NCBI GenBank assembly: GCA_964304625.1
Contig: OZ199839.1
Location: 10,713,186-10,777,185, forward strand
Reading direction: 5' to 3'
DNA: 64,000 nucleotides
Source: Kudoa neothunni
Lineage: Eukaryota; Animalia; Cnidaria
Shown here: one piece after another, positions 13,853 through 27,955 of the stretch
Layout: every line of letters begins with the position of its first letter
Position numbering within the stretch: the stretch's first letter is position 1
Position numbers and translations under genes: made by a program
The notes under the pieces: model-generated
What the model saw: the letters and a program-made list of their open reading frames with translations, nothing else
Databases searched by the model: none
Told to the model about the DNA's origin: nothing

Positions 13853-15965
13853 ACCATTCTGTTGATCTTTCTACTACTTTAAACGTTTAGTTTTAGATTA
13901 TGATTTTTTATTTTGTTGTATTCTTTTTAAACTGGTTATTCTCTCAGACTCTAACAACTACACCTAATATTGTCGTCAACTCATAAACATAATTTTCATC
14001 TATATTTTCTATTGATAAATAATACATTATCTTTTTGGGAGTATTTATGAATTGGGCCATATTTGAATTAATTAAGTTTTATGATATTAAATTTAAAAAC
14101 ATAATTTTTGTATATTTATTCTATTGGCATATATTTTTATTTATAATGTAATTTAAGAGCAATGAAGACGTCATAAAGACTTAACAGCAGGTTTCAAAAA
14201 TTGCATTACAAAAAAGAACTCTAAAATTAAAAAAAAACCCTGAATACATCATGATATTAAAATAACATTTAAAGATCATAGATTAAAAAAACTTTGTTGC
14301 GGTAGTAATTGGTTTATACCTGAAAAAATCTCTTAAACCATTTAGGCGATAGGGAGTTCCTATAAGAGCATTAGTATCTCTAATCAAGATTCTTCTAAAA
14401 CCCCATAAATTATGGAACAAAGTTATCGCAGAAAGTCTTCAACCACTAGAGTAACTCGACTAACTTTACACTAAAATGGAGCATATGGTCAATATGTTAT
14501 TATAGTGGTTAAATGATTTTGAGTTTATTTGCAAAGAGTTAAATGAACAAGAAAGTTTGGTTCGTTTCTTCCCAGAGAAGCACATCAAAATGATAGCGTA
14601 ATTTAATAAACAGATTATAATCTTCTTCGAAAACATATAGCAACCTCCAAAGAGCCATTCATCCTAGTGTAAAAGTTCTGTTTCAAAAGCAGCGTATAAA
14701 ATACATTTCAAAAGGCAGTTTTTTCTACAAGTCAAAAATGAGAAAAAGTTTTTATTTACGTCAAATTAAATATTAAAACATCCATTAGATCCCATATTTG
14801 GGCTGTATTCGCCGAAAGATGATATGCTTTGTTTTGAAGAAAGTTACACTATTATGCCTGAACATCTAATGACAATAAGAAGTAAAATTTAAAACATAAT
14901 TTCCTAATCGTATGAAATAATTGGAAATATTATAGTTCCCATCAAGGAGATAGAGTCGATTAACGTGGTGGCCACGGATCCAACCAGGGTGACTATCAAC
15001 AAAGAGGTTAGTTTTGTTTTATTATCTTTTTTACTTTGGCTTTATTAGGGCCGATTAACTATCACCCTTAATATTAAAATAAAAAAAAAAGACCTCGAAT
15101 ATAAATATTGGTCTGATGTGTTATATGATGTATATGCTCCATTTATATGGTGCTATTAGGTATAAAAATATTTTAGGCACTCTCGTGGAAAGACGGAGTG
15201 AATATTTTGTTGAAAAGGGTAACACTGCATTTTTATGCATATGCATATGCATATATATATATATGGTGTAGGAATCTGTTACATCAATGTCCGAAATAAT
15301 GCAAACAGAAATCCAGTCACTTTCGAACCTTTGGACTTATTTCTCTGTCCTCTCTCTTAAAGATCACATATAAAAATTAAAGTTGAAGTTTTCGGTGAAT
15401 AAAGATAATACATAGAAAAAGCTTTATCTTTTAATTGAATATTCAGGTAGAACCTCGAAATTTTGAAAGAAATTAATTATCGATATTGTTTATTTTATAA
15501 AAATTTTAAATACTCAAAAGCAGCTAATGCGTCCTGTAAAATAAATTTTATTTCTGCCTTGATAGTTGGTTTTTTCACAGTTACTAGATTTAGTTTAACA
15601 GCATATTTAAATAAGCAAAAATGGATTTAACTTTACTTGTTTGCTCTAACTAACAAATCACACGGCAGAAAACATTAGCTAAAGAGTTGAATCTTGTTTT
15701 GCTAAAATTATAAGATGAGACGGAGATACATATTAATCCAATCTTTTTTTAGTTTATAGTCAACTTGTGTTATTTATAAATCTAATATTCAGATTGGTCC
15801 TCTAAATAGGCCAATCGCAATGCCAATGATTTAAACAGAAACAAGCCTCCGTTTACTCTCAATAATTTATTAGATTTTGATCTAAAATAAGTTAGTTTAC
15901 TTTTTTGGTAAGCGAAACATATTTTTATGTCAAAGCAATTATGTCTTTCCAGGAACACTTTAGAT

Positions 15966-16448
15966 CAGTGCTTCCCAACGTGGGACATTAAAAAAATTTG
16001 ATGGGATGTGAAAACTTTAAACGTTTAAAGATCGTCCCCGGTGGAACGCGGAAAATCCTGAGTATTGATGTGACACGAATAATGATGAGATAATTAGGAA
16101 ATATGACGTAATTTGAAGTAAATATCGCGATTTTCGATATCACTTATTTTTAAGCGACGGTTAACATCATAAACAAATACTATAAGCAATAATTATACAA
16201 AAATTAATAATAAATAATAATATTTAACGAGTGATTCACCTGAATAGAATCAGAATGGTTTGAATCTCAATCTTGTCTCATTTAGGATCGTATACAATTA
16301 AATTTAATGAGAAATGAAATATATATTAATTGCTTTCAAGTTTTAATGTGATAAGTATCTTTATTTAAACTTAAAAACAGTTTAAGTTAAAAATTTCAAT
16401 ATTTATGAGAAAGGTGGGGCGCGATACAAAAAAGGTTGGGAAACGCTG
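15966..16448. mobile_element. hAT-type MITE
   Basis: TIRs cagtgcttcccaac / gttgggaaacgctg. The 8-bp flanks ctttagat / cagtaggg match at only 4/8, so the TSD is decayed. Confidence 0.6.
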
Positions 16449-17950
16449 CAGTAGGGGATTTCCGTAGAGCCGACACCCGCATTCAGACAGCTTTCCACGA
16501 AAAATTCTAGGTTAGTCTGAGATATAGTTTGGGATGGCACATGCTCCGAAACGAGGATATTTAGTGGGATTAAATCCCACACTATTGCGCAAACGTAAGT
16601 TGCCTTAATATGACGCTGCGGTGCCCACAGCGTACCACAGCGTAAATGAAGGCCTAACCAGCCCAAACTTCACAACCGAACAAGTTGCGCCGGGGGTTTG
16701 ATCTTGTAAAAAAAGATATTTAAGTAGGATTGTCTCAGGAATTTTTTTACAATGAAGCACTACTTTAAGATAGAAACGTACCAAAAAATTTAAAAATGAT
16801 TTAAGTAATTATAAAAATCATCAAAAAATTAAATTTATGGATAAAAAAAATTTTGAAAGAAAAAAATAGAATTAATGAAACCGAAAAGTATGGTTAACTA
16901 TAAAAGGTTAATGCTTTGTCTTCGCCATCCTTTCTATATGGAAAACTCCATGAACATTTGAATCAACTGACAAAGCTACTCATTAGTTCAGCTTTTATCA
17001 TCATTTACTAAATGCGGAATATGGAAAGTCATGATTTATTCAAGGTTTCTAATAATGATCTGGTTCAAGCCTTTTTATCAACTAATCTAATCAAAAAAAT
17101 TTATGTAGATTTACAAGAACAGAATAATCAAAGTAAATTTACCTCTGATTTTGAGAGCACGCACTATTACTAATTCTACTTATTCTTCTTAATGAATCAT
17201 CAACACCATAATCTCTCTGATGGGCTGTCATTAAAATGACTAGTTGCTTAGGTTGAGTTATCAGAACTCAATATATGTGAGGACAACTCTTCGACTTCGA
17301 TTAAATTATTTGACTCGTTTAAAATGACCCTCTAACAAGTCCTAATTCCAATTTTAATTGAAGAGGGAAAAATACCCCAAGTGACTTAGTGACAGCGTTT
17401 TCGAAATTAATTTATTTTTATTCAAAAATTAAAACCACTAGCGCAGCTTATTAGGTCGTGGCGCTACAGAGAACGAGTTACACGCAAACCCTCACCTTAT
17501 CTTTTTCTGATAATTCATGAATTTAACTTATTATGTGACGTCCTCATCTAGAGGCTGATATATTCCCAATTCTATTCCCTTCAAAGGCATTTGCTTTATG
17601 AGGCTTGAAAACAAGATTTGATACCTTATAAATCTGCAGCAATTCAAACATCTAATCTAACTCTTTCCATTAGACCGCGTTGTATCGGTAGATGCATCAT
17701 AAGCAATAATAAGCATAAAATCTAATTAAGTCTTCCATATTATATTAATAGGAATGCACCGTGCAGATATAGTGTTCCGACCTGAACTGGACTTGAACTC
17801 GCGATTTGACTTTTCTCAGTAGAACTGCCCGACACATGCGCTTCCCCTAAACCGTGGTCAGACGCCGAAGGCATTGCCCCCTCTAACAGCATTCAGCTAT
17901 AGCGCATGCTCATTACCATTAGAAGGTTTTTCTCTTCAAGTTTTGCGACT

Positions 17951-18461
17951 ATGAGCGAGAAAAGTGACTCGATATTTACACGAATCATTAAAAGGGAAAT
18001 ACCAGCCACAATTCTACATGAAGATGATAAGGTTTCAGCCAACTAACAACAACTAATACAGAACTAAACAACTAATTTAGTGTTTTGCAATAGAAGATAT
18101 AAATAAACAAGGACCAGTTCATTTTCTTGTTGTTCCTAAGAAACCTATCATTGGAATTGGAGCAGTCGAACCTGCTGATTGTGACGTATGTTGTCAAAAA
18201 TGGTCAATTTTAACTAACACTAACGTTTTTAATCATCCATATACTGCTTGGAGATCATAACTATTATATTTCAATTTAACTAAAAATTTTCGGTAGGTTT
18301 TGGGCCATATGATGTTGATTGTTAAACAAATTGCTGAAAAACAAAATCTAGCTGAAGGGTACCGTGTGATTATCAACAATGGACCCAATGGAGGTCAAGA
18401 AGTTATGCATTTGCACATTCATGTTATTGGCGGACGACAGATGAAATGGCCACCAGGTTAA
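17951..18461 (+). CDS. HINT1: Histidine triad nucleotide-binding protein (3 exons)
   Basis: MSEKSDSIFTRIIKREIPATILHEDDK|CFAIEDI..HFLVVPKK..|..GYRVIINNGPNGGQEVMHLHIHVIGGRQMKWPPG*. Contains the HxHxH triad and C-terminal WPPG. Confidence 0.95.
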
Positions 18462-18497
18462 TCGTTAAAAAACAAATAAACTACTAACCTAGTCCGA

Positions 18498-20319
18498 CTA
18501 CTCTAAAGTTTGTTTTGTTTGTTTCTCGTTTTCATAGCTGGCGCTGTCCTTTTCAAGTGTGGGGAAACTGTGTATTGAATTTTCGGCATTTTGGACATTT
18601 TTGCACACGATATAATCTTTATATGGAGTCCAATGACTTATATAATAGTTAATAGCCATGGTTACCTACAATTTCATTGTTTTAAATACTCTCAAAGACT
18701 ACACTTACGATTCCAAATAGGCCAATACCAGAACCAATGTTTAGCAGTAATAGAGTCAGGCTAAATTTTCTTGCCTAAATATTTATTAAAGTTTTCTTAA
18801 AAAAAACCTGTCATTCCCATTCCCACTTAATATTATTTTTCCTGAAAAAATTCTTAAAATTTATTTTCAGATAAAAGCAGATTTTGGTGTATAAGTAAAT
18901 TCACTCATTATAACATGTTTTAAGAATTTGAAGGTGGGAGGATTTGAGACATGACTTAATTTTATTTGATATAAATCACTTTGGCATTAGTTATTAGCTG
19001 AAATTTTATCCCATACATCTTTTTCAGAGTTCTCACGGTCGCATTTTGAGGGTTTGCAAAGTCGTAGTGAGCATATCTTGTGCGAGAATAATACAACAAA
19101 CGTATTAAAATCAAAAACCTATAGTTGTATCCGGGAGAAACAAGGTCATTTGAAAATTCGTCTATTCTATTTTCTGGTTAATTAATAAGTTATTAGTTCA
19201 GATAACCTTATAAAATCGTAGGTTGGAAGACATTGCTTTGAACCACCAAACCAATTGTCCAAATCACAACTCCAATGAATAACAATTCCAATATGCGCTC
19301 CCTATTTAATATTTATGTGTATATTTATTATTAGTAGAGATGGTCGATGATTTTTCCATTGTGAAATCTTACAAATTCGGAGACAAGATGTTTGTCGTGA
19401 GTTAGAGTTTTTTCGAATATCTCTCTCAAACGGATTATAGGGCAGTTCGATTCAAATGAATTGTTAGAATTGACTTTATAACGACAGTTACTCAAGTCAC
19501 TTCTAACAAAGCTGCCAGGTATGTTGTTTCTAATTGGCAAATATTATTTATAAAATATCAGGTTATTGATATGGAGAATTACGTTTGATAGTCCATTTTA
19601 AAAAAGTTGACCGAACTTTTTATAAATATTGTAAAATTTTCCAAGTCAGATAAATCTTTTTTTCCTATATATGTTTTATTTTCCTCAACCTCATGTTCCA
19701 CTGGACACCACCCAAATATTTCACAGTTGCCCTCCTTATCAGTCGGCTTGCCTCTAATGCAGCTTCCTGTGTTGATATTATTCATTTGATACGAAGTGGA
19801 CAGTTTAGGACAATCGGTATCGTTTCTACAAACAGCTTCTTTATCAACACATATAGATTGAATTTGTTTTCTGGTTTCTATATAAGAGGTTCCGATGAAA
19901 AAGCTACTATCGACCTAAACGTTCGTTATACGAGTTGCTGCAAAACTTCAAAAAAATAGTTTTAATTTACGTTTGGAGGATCTGATATGTCGACTTTGTC
20001 ATAAACTTTAAAAGTTGAATTTCCAGTAGAGGCATTATTGTTCGCTAGAATAGCTCCCTTTACTTTTACAACTGTTGAGCAATATCCCAGTTCTTCAGCT
20101 TGATATGATTTCGACCATATAATCGCATATCTAAATATCGAAACGGATCAATTGAATATTTATTTTCTTTGATTTCCTATACCCTATCCAATAAACTATC
20201 ACCAAAAGCTGAAGCAGTTTGTAAGCCGCATAAATTTTGAGGTCATTTAGCTCGAATTTAGTTTCTAGTTTGTAACTGTGCTTCGCGTCGTACACATCAC
20301 TTACAAATGATGGAATCAT
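18498..20319 (-). CDS. P2RX: P2X purinoceptor (ATP-gated cation channel), multi-exon
   Basis: TM1 LLQLLVIVYWIG, STVVKVKG, CEIFGWCPVE, ENFTIFIK, CPIIR, PGYNYRYA, RTLKKMYGIKF and TM2 LLNIGSGIGLFG. All 10 ectodomain cysteines are visible. Confidence 0.93.
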
Positions 20320-21534
20320 TTCTATTAGATTGTTGGAAGAAAAAAGTCTTTATTTCTTAGCCGAAGGTGTAAAATATCTAATTTCGCTGCAAATTTTTTC
20401 ACATGGTTAAATTCAAAAACATGGCACCTAATTCGTCCATATCATTCATCATTATACGTTTGAATTTAATTTACTTTCAGTGTATTACAGACATGATTTG
20501 AGATTTTTACAAGAATAAATTGCTACAACTACTATCTAAAACAGCTTTGCTTAAAATTTAAATATACACATTAAAAAAAAGTCGGCATAATCTTAATTTT
20601 TCATAGTTACCCTATGCGTTGGACGATTGATACTACCAAGAATACAAATTACGATGCCGTTGATATTATTTTAGCTACTATTGAATTTATTGTTTAAACT
20701 TGAGTCAATTGAGGGCTATATTGTGACAAAGATAAATCGTAATTAGGGTAGTCATTTAATCCCAGCAAATTTCCGGCATAATTTCGTCATGGATATTTAA
20801 AAAATTTTGTTATGTAACTATCTAATTTGAATTGATCCATAACAATTAGAAGTCAAAATTTATTATGAATAGGCTGATAGGGGTGGATCATTATAGGGGT
20901 TGGTTAGCCATCAAAGCTAACATATGTGCGATAAGCAGCGCCGGGATTTTCCCAAAATTTTGGTGTTTTTTTCATTTTTTATAAAATATTGGAGTTTTAA
21001 TGAAAAACTGTAAACATTGAATAATAACACAATTTTTTTTTATTTTCGACATTAATATTTATATTTTTAATACGTATCCTATTCACATTATGTCATGCAA
21101 GGTTCAAGCATTTACTATACTGAATCACAGCACATTAGATTGTTCGAGGTGATACGATTACATATTTACTTAATAAACACTGTCGCACATTATCAGAAAA
21201 TTTAAACGTTATTTCAAAATATATCTTGAATTATGAAGTAATTAATCGTGAGTATATTGATCTATATTAGACATTAAGTATGAGTAAGTGTTCGCGCCAA
21301 ACAATTGCAATAATACAACGATAAATTTAAATTTAATACATGAAGACGTAATTATAGAGCCGGAAGAAGATTAAAAACTTTAATGGATACGCTACTATTT
21401 TTTGCTGTACTTCAAACTAAAGTTTTTTGGCTTAAACTTGGGGTTTTTGATCGTCCATCCCTGGGGTTTTTTAAACCCCGCTAGCAGCCCTGAGCAGAGC
21501 GGTACGGCACTACCGCCTTTTTAAGCCTTTAAAC

Positions 21535-21817
21535 CAGTGGTTTTCAACCTTTTTGGAACGGCGGATCTCCTGACCAGCTAAAGTTGTCTTTCAAATCATC
21601 CTATATATTAAGAAAATCATAAACAAATAAATTACAAGGTTTACAAAAATCAAAACATGGTTTTTCTTAAATTTATTCGACATTATAAGACTTAAACAAC
21701 ATGCATTTGTAAATAGATTCCTAGTATTAGCTTCTATATTTTTTTGGTGTCACGAACCCCCCTAGAGGACCTTTTCGGACCTCTAAGAATCCGCGGATCA
21801 CCGGTTGAAAACCACTG
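21535..21817. mobile_element. hAT-type MITE
   Basis: Perfect 15-bp TIR cagtggttttcaacc / ggttgaaaaccactg. Flanks ctttaaac / cattaagt match at 5/8. Confidence 0.8.
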
Positions 21818-23247
21818 CATTAAGTTTTGACTGGTCGCGACCATTTATTACTATCATATTAATCATGTTGATGCACACTATTACAAATTTATATCTTTAC
21901 CATCGGTTCACGGTAAAGAACCTTTAATTGGTACGTTATCCCTTCTGGGATAGAAACCGCTATCTGCTACCCATCTAATAACGAAACGAAACAAAAAAGT
22001 TATTGATTACGCTGATTTGAAATAAAACACAATTTATTATTTTGAAATAGTTAAAAATTTCATACAATTTTAGTTGCATTTTTGGAATTTAATAAATTCC
22101 ATAGGTAGAAAATGAAATTCTTGAAATAATTTAACTCAGCACTCGAAAAATTTGTTGTTGATAATTATTTTTAATTTTAAATAACTCTGTACAAAATATG
22201 AAAAAATTGAATAACCCAATAAAAAAAAATACTGACACACATGGTGCCATATGGCAACATTAGGGATCAAAGGATTAATATAGCCATATCTAATACATCA
22301 TTTTAGTTTGATAATTTTTTTATTATTTGGTAGAGGTTCGCAATCAATTGAATAATTATATAGCCATTTGGTTCTCATACCAAGGTGGTTATCGACCCCT
22401 CACTTACAAAACCATATCTTGTATTGTATCGTCGAATGTCGATTATGATGCTTTTATTATGTTCGTATGCAATACAAATTTATTCATCCAACACGCGTTC
22501 TAGGATTATTAAATGCATTATATCAATCTGTGCGTGAACACTATTTTTAATGTTGAAGCAATAACGAAATATCTAAGAATTAAGTTGAAAATATGGAATT
22601 ATTTTACCCACAAGATATTAAAAATAAATGTGAAGGATATTAAATTATTTGTTAGCGTGTAAATGGCTCATCGGTATGAATAAATGAAATTTTTGATGGA
22701 ATTAAATTTATTGAACTTTCAAATTTTCTCGTGGGGATTTGATTGGATCAAAATTCTCCGTTGATAATTCTCAATCGATTTAGGAATAATCCCCAACATT
22801 AAAGAAGTTATATCAATTTATACCTGAATTCTAATTCAAACAAATTAAACAATAAAACAATAATAACTGGTTTGTAATAGACGCATACCGAATTTTTTGA
22901 TGGAAAATAGTTTCAAAAATATATGTGATCAATGTTTCATAGTAAAACTTTTTATCAATAGGCCAAACAATTAATGTTGTGTATAGTGTTCAATAGATTA
23001 AGATTTTGGTTAATATATATCAATTTTTGAAAATAATTAATACTTTTCTCGAAATATACCCATTTTAGGAGCAAATAACAGCTCCCAAATAATAACTTAT
23101 CAAAACACGTTACTGACTATGACCTTTATAGAATCGAGTGGTATTGTGATAAAGAGAGGGCAAATTTATAACGCTTGCGCAAGGAAATACGTTCGTGATC
23201 TAGATCAGGATCCCATTAAGTGGATTGTTCAATCTAAAATAGTTAAC

Positions 23248-23961
23248 ATGTCATTAAAGGCAAACAAGCAAAATTGCATGATTGTTTGCTGCGGATCGTT
23301 CAACCCTCCAACATACATGCATCTGAGGTTGTTCGAATTGGCAAGGGATCACCTAATTAGATTGAACTACAATGTGGTGGGTGGAATAATATCACCATGT
23401 AATTCGGCGTATCAAAAAAGCGGCCTATTGTCAGGTGAACATCGTGTTTCTATGTGTAAGCTTTCGGTCGAAAGCAGTAACTGGATAAAAGTAAACACAT
23501 GGGAGGCGTTAGAATCCAAAAAATTTCAACCAACATTACAAGTGTTGAAATACCTTCAACAACAATACACTGAAGTAATTTGTACGGCTGTTTGGCGGAG
23601 CTTTAGAGCTAGAATTTAATTCATCTGGAATCTATAGAGCCGATTGTTACTGTTATGTGGAGGTGATCTTTTTGAAAAAATGTGCCAGCAAGACAGTTGG
23701 AGTGGAGACGACGTGCTTACTATTATTAGAGAGTTTGGTTTAGTGGTGGTTCCTCGTGAAGGTGTCGATTGTGGTCAGTTCTCAAAAACCTACAATTACA
23801 TCGAGTGTGTGATTGACAAGGTGTTTTTTGCACGAAATCCAATAGAAAATGTGATCAGTTCAACGTTGGTTCGAAGTTTTATCAAAAACCGTTCCAGCAT
23901 CAAATATCTCACACCAGACAATGTCATTCACTACATTGAAGAACATAAACTCTACTCATAG
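23248..23961 (+). CDS. NMNAT: Nicotinamide/nicotinate mononucleotide adenylyltransferase (2 exons; intron 23575-23637)
   Basis: Motifs CGSFNPPTYMHLRLFELARD, GGIISP, HRVSMC, LLCGGDL, ISSTLVR and SIKYLTPDNVIHYIEEHKLY. Confidence 0.95.
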
Positions 23962-26134
23962 CTGCGCTTTATTAAAAATAACTTAACTAAAGTTGAGCTC
24001 TTATGATTTATTTTATATATACACAATTATATATATATATAAATATTTGTTTATTTTATGTTTTTGTTTGGTTAATGTTTCTGATTTTTTTAAATTTATT
24101 GAAAGATCAGAGAAGTTTGTTGACGACAATAGGTCAAAAACTTCTAAGAATGTATCGGTGGATATGGTTAACTTACTTTTAAGGGAAAATATTATAAATA
24201 CTAAATAATTATAGTTCTTTTATCAAAAAATTTAATTTATTGATATAATTATTTTATAGTAATATAATTTTTACTTCTAAGGAGGTCCTAAAAAATGATC
24301 GATGTAAAATTTGTTGCTCGTATTATTTCCCCTACTTGCATATCTCCCAATTTTAGTGTTAGTAAAACACAAGCTTATGAATTTGCTTTGAAGAATAAAA
24401 AATAATTATTTTCCTTTAAAAAAATTTACCACTATTTGTTCTCTTGAATAATAAAACTTGCGATCAGCGTACCAAAGGTGTCTTTTCGGTATTATATGAC
24501 GATTAGCTTTAGGAGTTGTTCTTATTTTTCTCAAATTTTACTTACTCCACAATCTTAAAAATCCAAGAAAATTTGTTGGAAATCTTGGAAATACATATTT
24601 GGTAGAAAATCTAATTTATTTTACTCTACAGTGCACCATAATGCATAACGCCGTTTCAATTATGTTAATCTTGTGTTATTGAGGGTTAAGTGCTTCTGAG
24701 ACAAACCGAAATCTATCCACACAATGTCAAACCCGTATTAAAGGAAAAATAAAAATAAATGTAACGATAAGATAAGTATTAAATATTCTTTTTCATTATA
24801 ATTTCTTATTTTACCTTTTTTTTTCAAACCTCTTCTAGACGATGAAATAGCACGATCTACGACATAATCCTATTCATTTAAAACAGTGCATTATAATATT
24901 TTGTGTTGGATACAATCGGTCACGTAGAATTTAAGATATTAATATTTGTGTCGTGGTCATAAAAATAAAAAAATATTATAGCCGACTTTTTTATCACCTG
25001 TTTCTGTTTGATCACGGCACACACAATTCCTTAAACCGGACTAGAAATATCAGCTGGTTGAAAATCAGGTGGAAAAATCACACGAAAACCTCCAGTTTCT
25101 AAAATATGGGAGATATGACCGAAAAATTGTTGGCGAAACTAATAAGGATCTTTCACCAATCGTTCTCGTTGGTAACCTTGAATGAATTTAAAAATAAACA
25201 ATTATTAATTTTGTAAGTAACTGCTATTTCAAATCTACCGAGTCTTAAAGGTTTATTAAAGCATTTGAAAATTTCAATATACGGATAGAAGTATTACTAA
25301 TAATTAGTTTAGATATGGGAATTTTGAGGCGAAATTATCATTACTATTAACACCTAACTAAAACATCGTTCAGTTAGAATAGATCAGAGAGGATGAAGGA
25401 AACCATAGGAAATCGACCGATGGAATCGAAATATTTATATCTGCTTAAATTGTCAATCAGATTAAAAATAAAAATAAGCGAGTTTTTGTTTCTGTTGGTT
25501 AAATGGAAGCTCCATCTCCATATATTAATTCATTCTAGTGGACTGAAGCTCCAACTCAAATTAAAACCACAACGATGGGTTTTTGGATTGAAGTACACCC
25601 CTGTAAAAATTTACTTTAGGATAATCTCAGACAAAGTATTAATAGTAATCATCTTATAGATAAGAATTTTAACATGGTACTGTGATTGTTTAAATAAAAA
25701 TTCGGAGAACTACCTACAACGTTGCCGCATATTCATAAAATATAATCAAAAACTATACAACATATTGATTATATTTTTATCCTAATGCGAGGATGCAATA
25801 AAAACTTACATTTTCCAACAGTGTTGTTAATCGGATCTTTATCAATGTGATATAAGTAGAGCCTCTACTAATTAGCTCTTTGCTGTGTTTTGGTGTGTTT
25901 GCAATCAAACAGGTGGTGTGTTAATTTAGTTTGCAATGAGTTTAGGTCTTAATTGTTTACCAGTTTCAATTTAAATTCAAAAATATCCAAATTAATTTAA
26001 TTCTAGCTCAAACAATATTATTTAATTTTATATCTAATTTGAGTTTTGGAATTAGGTGTGTGGAACTAACTACCAAACATCCAACTGCATTGAAACTATC
26101 CACGCAGTGCAAATATTATCGCTCTATTGAAACA

Positions 26135-27360
26135 ATGACCGAAGTGAATATGGGTTATGTTGGCGTTGATTGTGGCGGAACAAAAACCACCATCTCTATC
26201 TTTCGTCATGATGGCACATTGTTATTTGAATCAAAATACCTGAAACAAAGTCAGTATGGGCGATTTCAACATATGAAAGACTTTTGTGAACATATTCATT
26301 TGTTTTTGGAGTTGGTTCGATATCAAATGATTGTAAAAGTTGATAAACCGTTTTTATTTGTGAGTTTGACAGTCGCGGGTATCAACTCCAAAAAGACCGA
26401 GGCTCTAGTCACCAAAGCTTACCAGGAGATGTATCCAAACGACGCTAAAATGATTACTTTTACACATGATTCAATTGGCGCAGCATACGGAGTATTTCCC
26501 AAGGAATCCAAATGTCTGGTATTGATATCTGGTACGGGATCGGGGGCCTATTTAATTTCCAACACCGAAATATTAGCTCGAAGTGGTGGTAACGGCTATC
26601 TAATTGATGATAACGGTTCTGCATTTGACGTTTCCAATAGTGCATTCAAGCTGTTGATCAAATATTTCGAATGTCTTAACAACTTTGAATATGCACAAAA
26701 AATTGATCCAAATCTAAGCCTTCATGAATATATAAACAAAAACACCGGTCACACCTATGATGATTTGAAAGAATTGCTAGATGTGATGAATATGGTAAAA
26801 AAAATTGAAACAATCGAAGACATCTATAGTATCTACTATCCATTTTCCGAACCATCAGTCATTTCCTCGTTCGCTGAAGTGGTAATAGTCGATCTTGCGC
26901 TCGCTTTATTTTTCCACGTACCTTTATTTTTTGATTTTAGATTAGTTCAGCGGCAAAAGCTTCGGTTCTTATTTGTGTTAATCTTCTTCGCCAGTGTGCC
27001 GATCATCTAGCCAATATGGTGCTGGATTTGCTGCCCACCTACGTAAAAGACACCTCACACAACGACTACCTTCATAAGAGATGTGTTGTGAATTTGGTGT
27101 GTTTCGGGTCTTTCATAAACAATTTCAACATTATGAAATACGATTTTTTCAAACAACTCAATAAATACCCCGACCCAGATTCTATTTTTCTTAGAATGAT
27201 CTGTGTGAATGATATTGGCTCCTATGGTGCTGCGTTGTATGGGCTTCTTCAATATAAGAAAAATTTTGATGGTACAGTTGTGGAGTATCCAAAAGTCAAG
27301 CCCAGAGAAACGATTGATGTGTATAGCGGACCACTTTCAAAATCGCCGAGATTCCCTTAA
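26135..27360 (+). CDS. NAGK: N-acetylglucosamine kinase-like sugar kinase (BadF/BadG/BcrA/BcrD family); intron 26882-26940
   Basis: Motifs GVDCGGTKT, HDSIGAAYG, LISGTGSG and GGNGYLIDDNGSAF. A phase-0 intron joins the two ORFs in frame. Orthology to NAGK is inferred. Confidence 0.75.
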
Positions 27361-27955
27361 ATTAGCCACCTCATTCAGTTACCTAACAACCTAGTCGGTG
27401 GCTGTTTCATTATCACTCTTCTATAGAACAATCCTCCAAAAATGCTAAAAGCAACATTAAATATTAATCTTTATCTTTTAGTCTTTATGCTTCACGTTTC
27501 TGATGCCAATGTGTGAGTATTAGCTACTTTCAGAATTTGAGCTTAAATGTTCCCCTTTTAGTTGGTTATACTTTAATGATAAAAATTATTTCGCCTAAAA
27601 TCTGGTAAATTTATAGTTGGTCTAAGCTAAGCCATAGGTTTGTTTATATTTCATTATTAGTATTTCGCTTTGCTATGTTGGTCTTAATTTTGTTTAAAGA
27701 TTGTCAGTTAAAGTTTTTTAGTGGAGATGCTCCTTTGAATTAGGCAGCAAAACATAATTGTTTTCTCTCTCATTAAAATTAGATAAAAATATACGAGTTT
27801 CCATGCAGTTCCGAAAAAATATTGATTGTAACAATAAGTATCACTAATTTTGAAATTTAACATTTTAATTCAATAAATAGTTTCTTATCTGAAATCATTG
27901 TTTGAACCAATTATTATCTGATTTTATATTATTAGTTATCACGCCTTTAAAGTTA

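Noticed and set aside
16510-16560. ctga...gaaa resembling a hammerhead ribozyme core
   Set aside because: Lacks CUGANGA and the required flanking stems.
18810-18843. AG/GT-bounded 34-nt cassette in a P2X intron
   Set aside because: Inclusion would frameshift; the flanking exons already join in frame (NAK|ARKF).
23119-23247. In-frame upstream extension of the NMNAT ORF (likewise 26039-26134 for the NAGK-like gene)
   Set aside because: Family similarity begins at the downstream ATG, and for NMNAT the extension overlaps the putative promoter motif.
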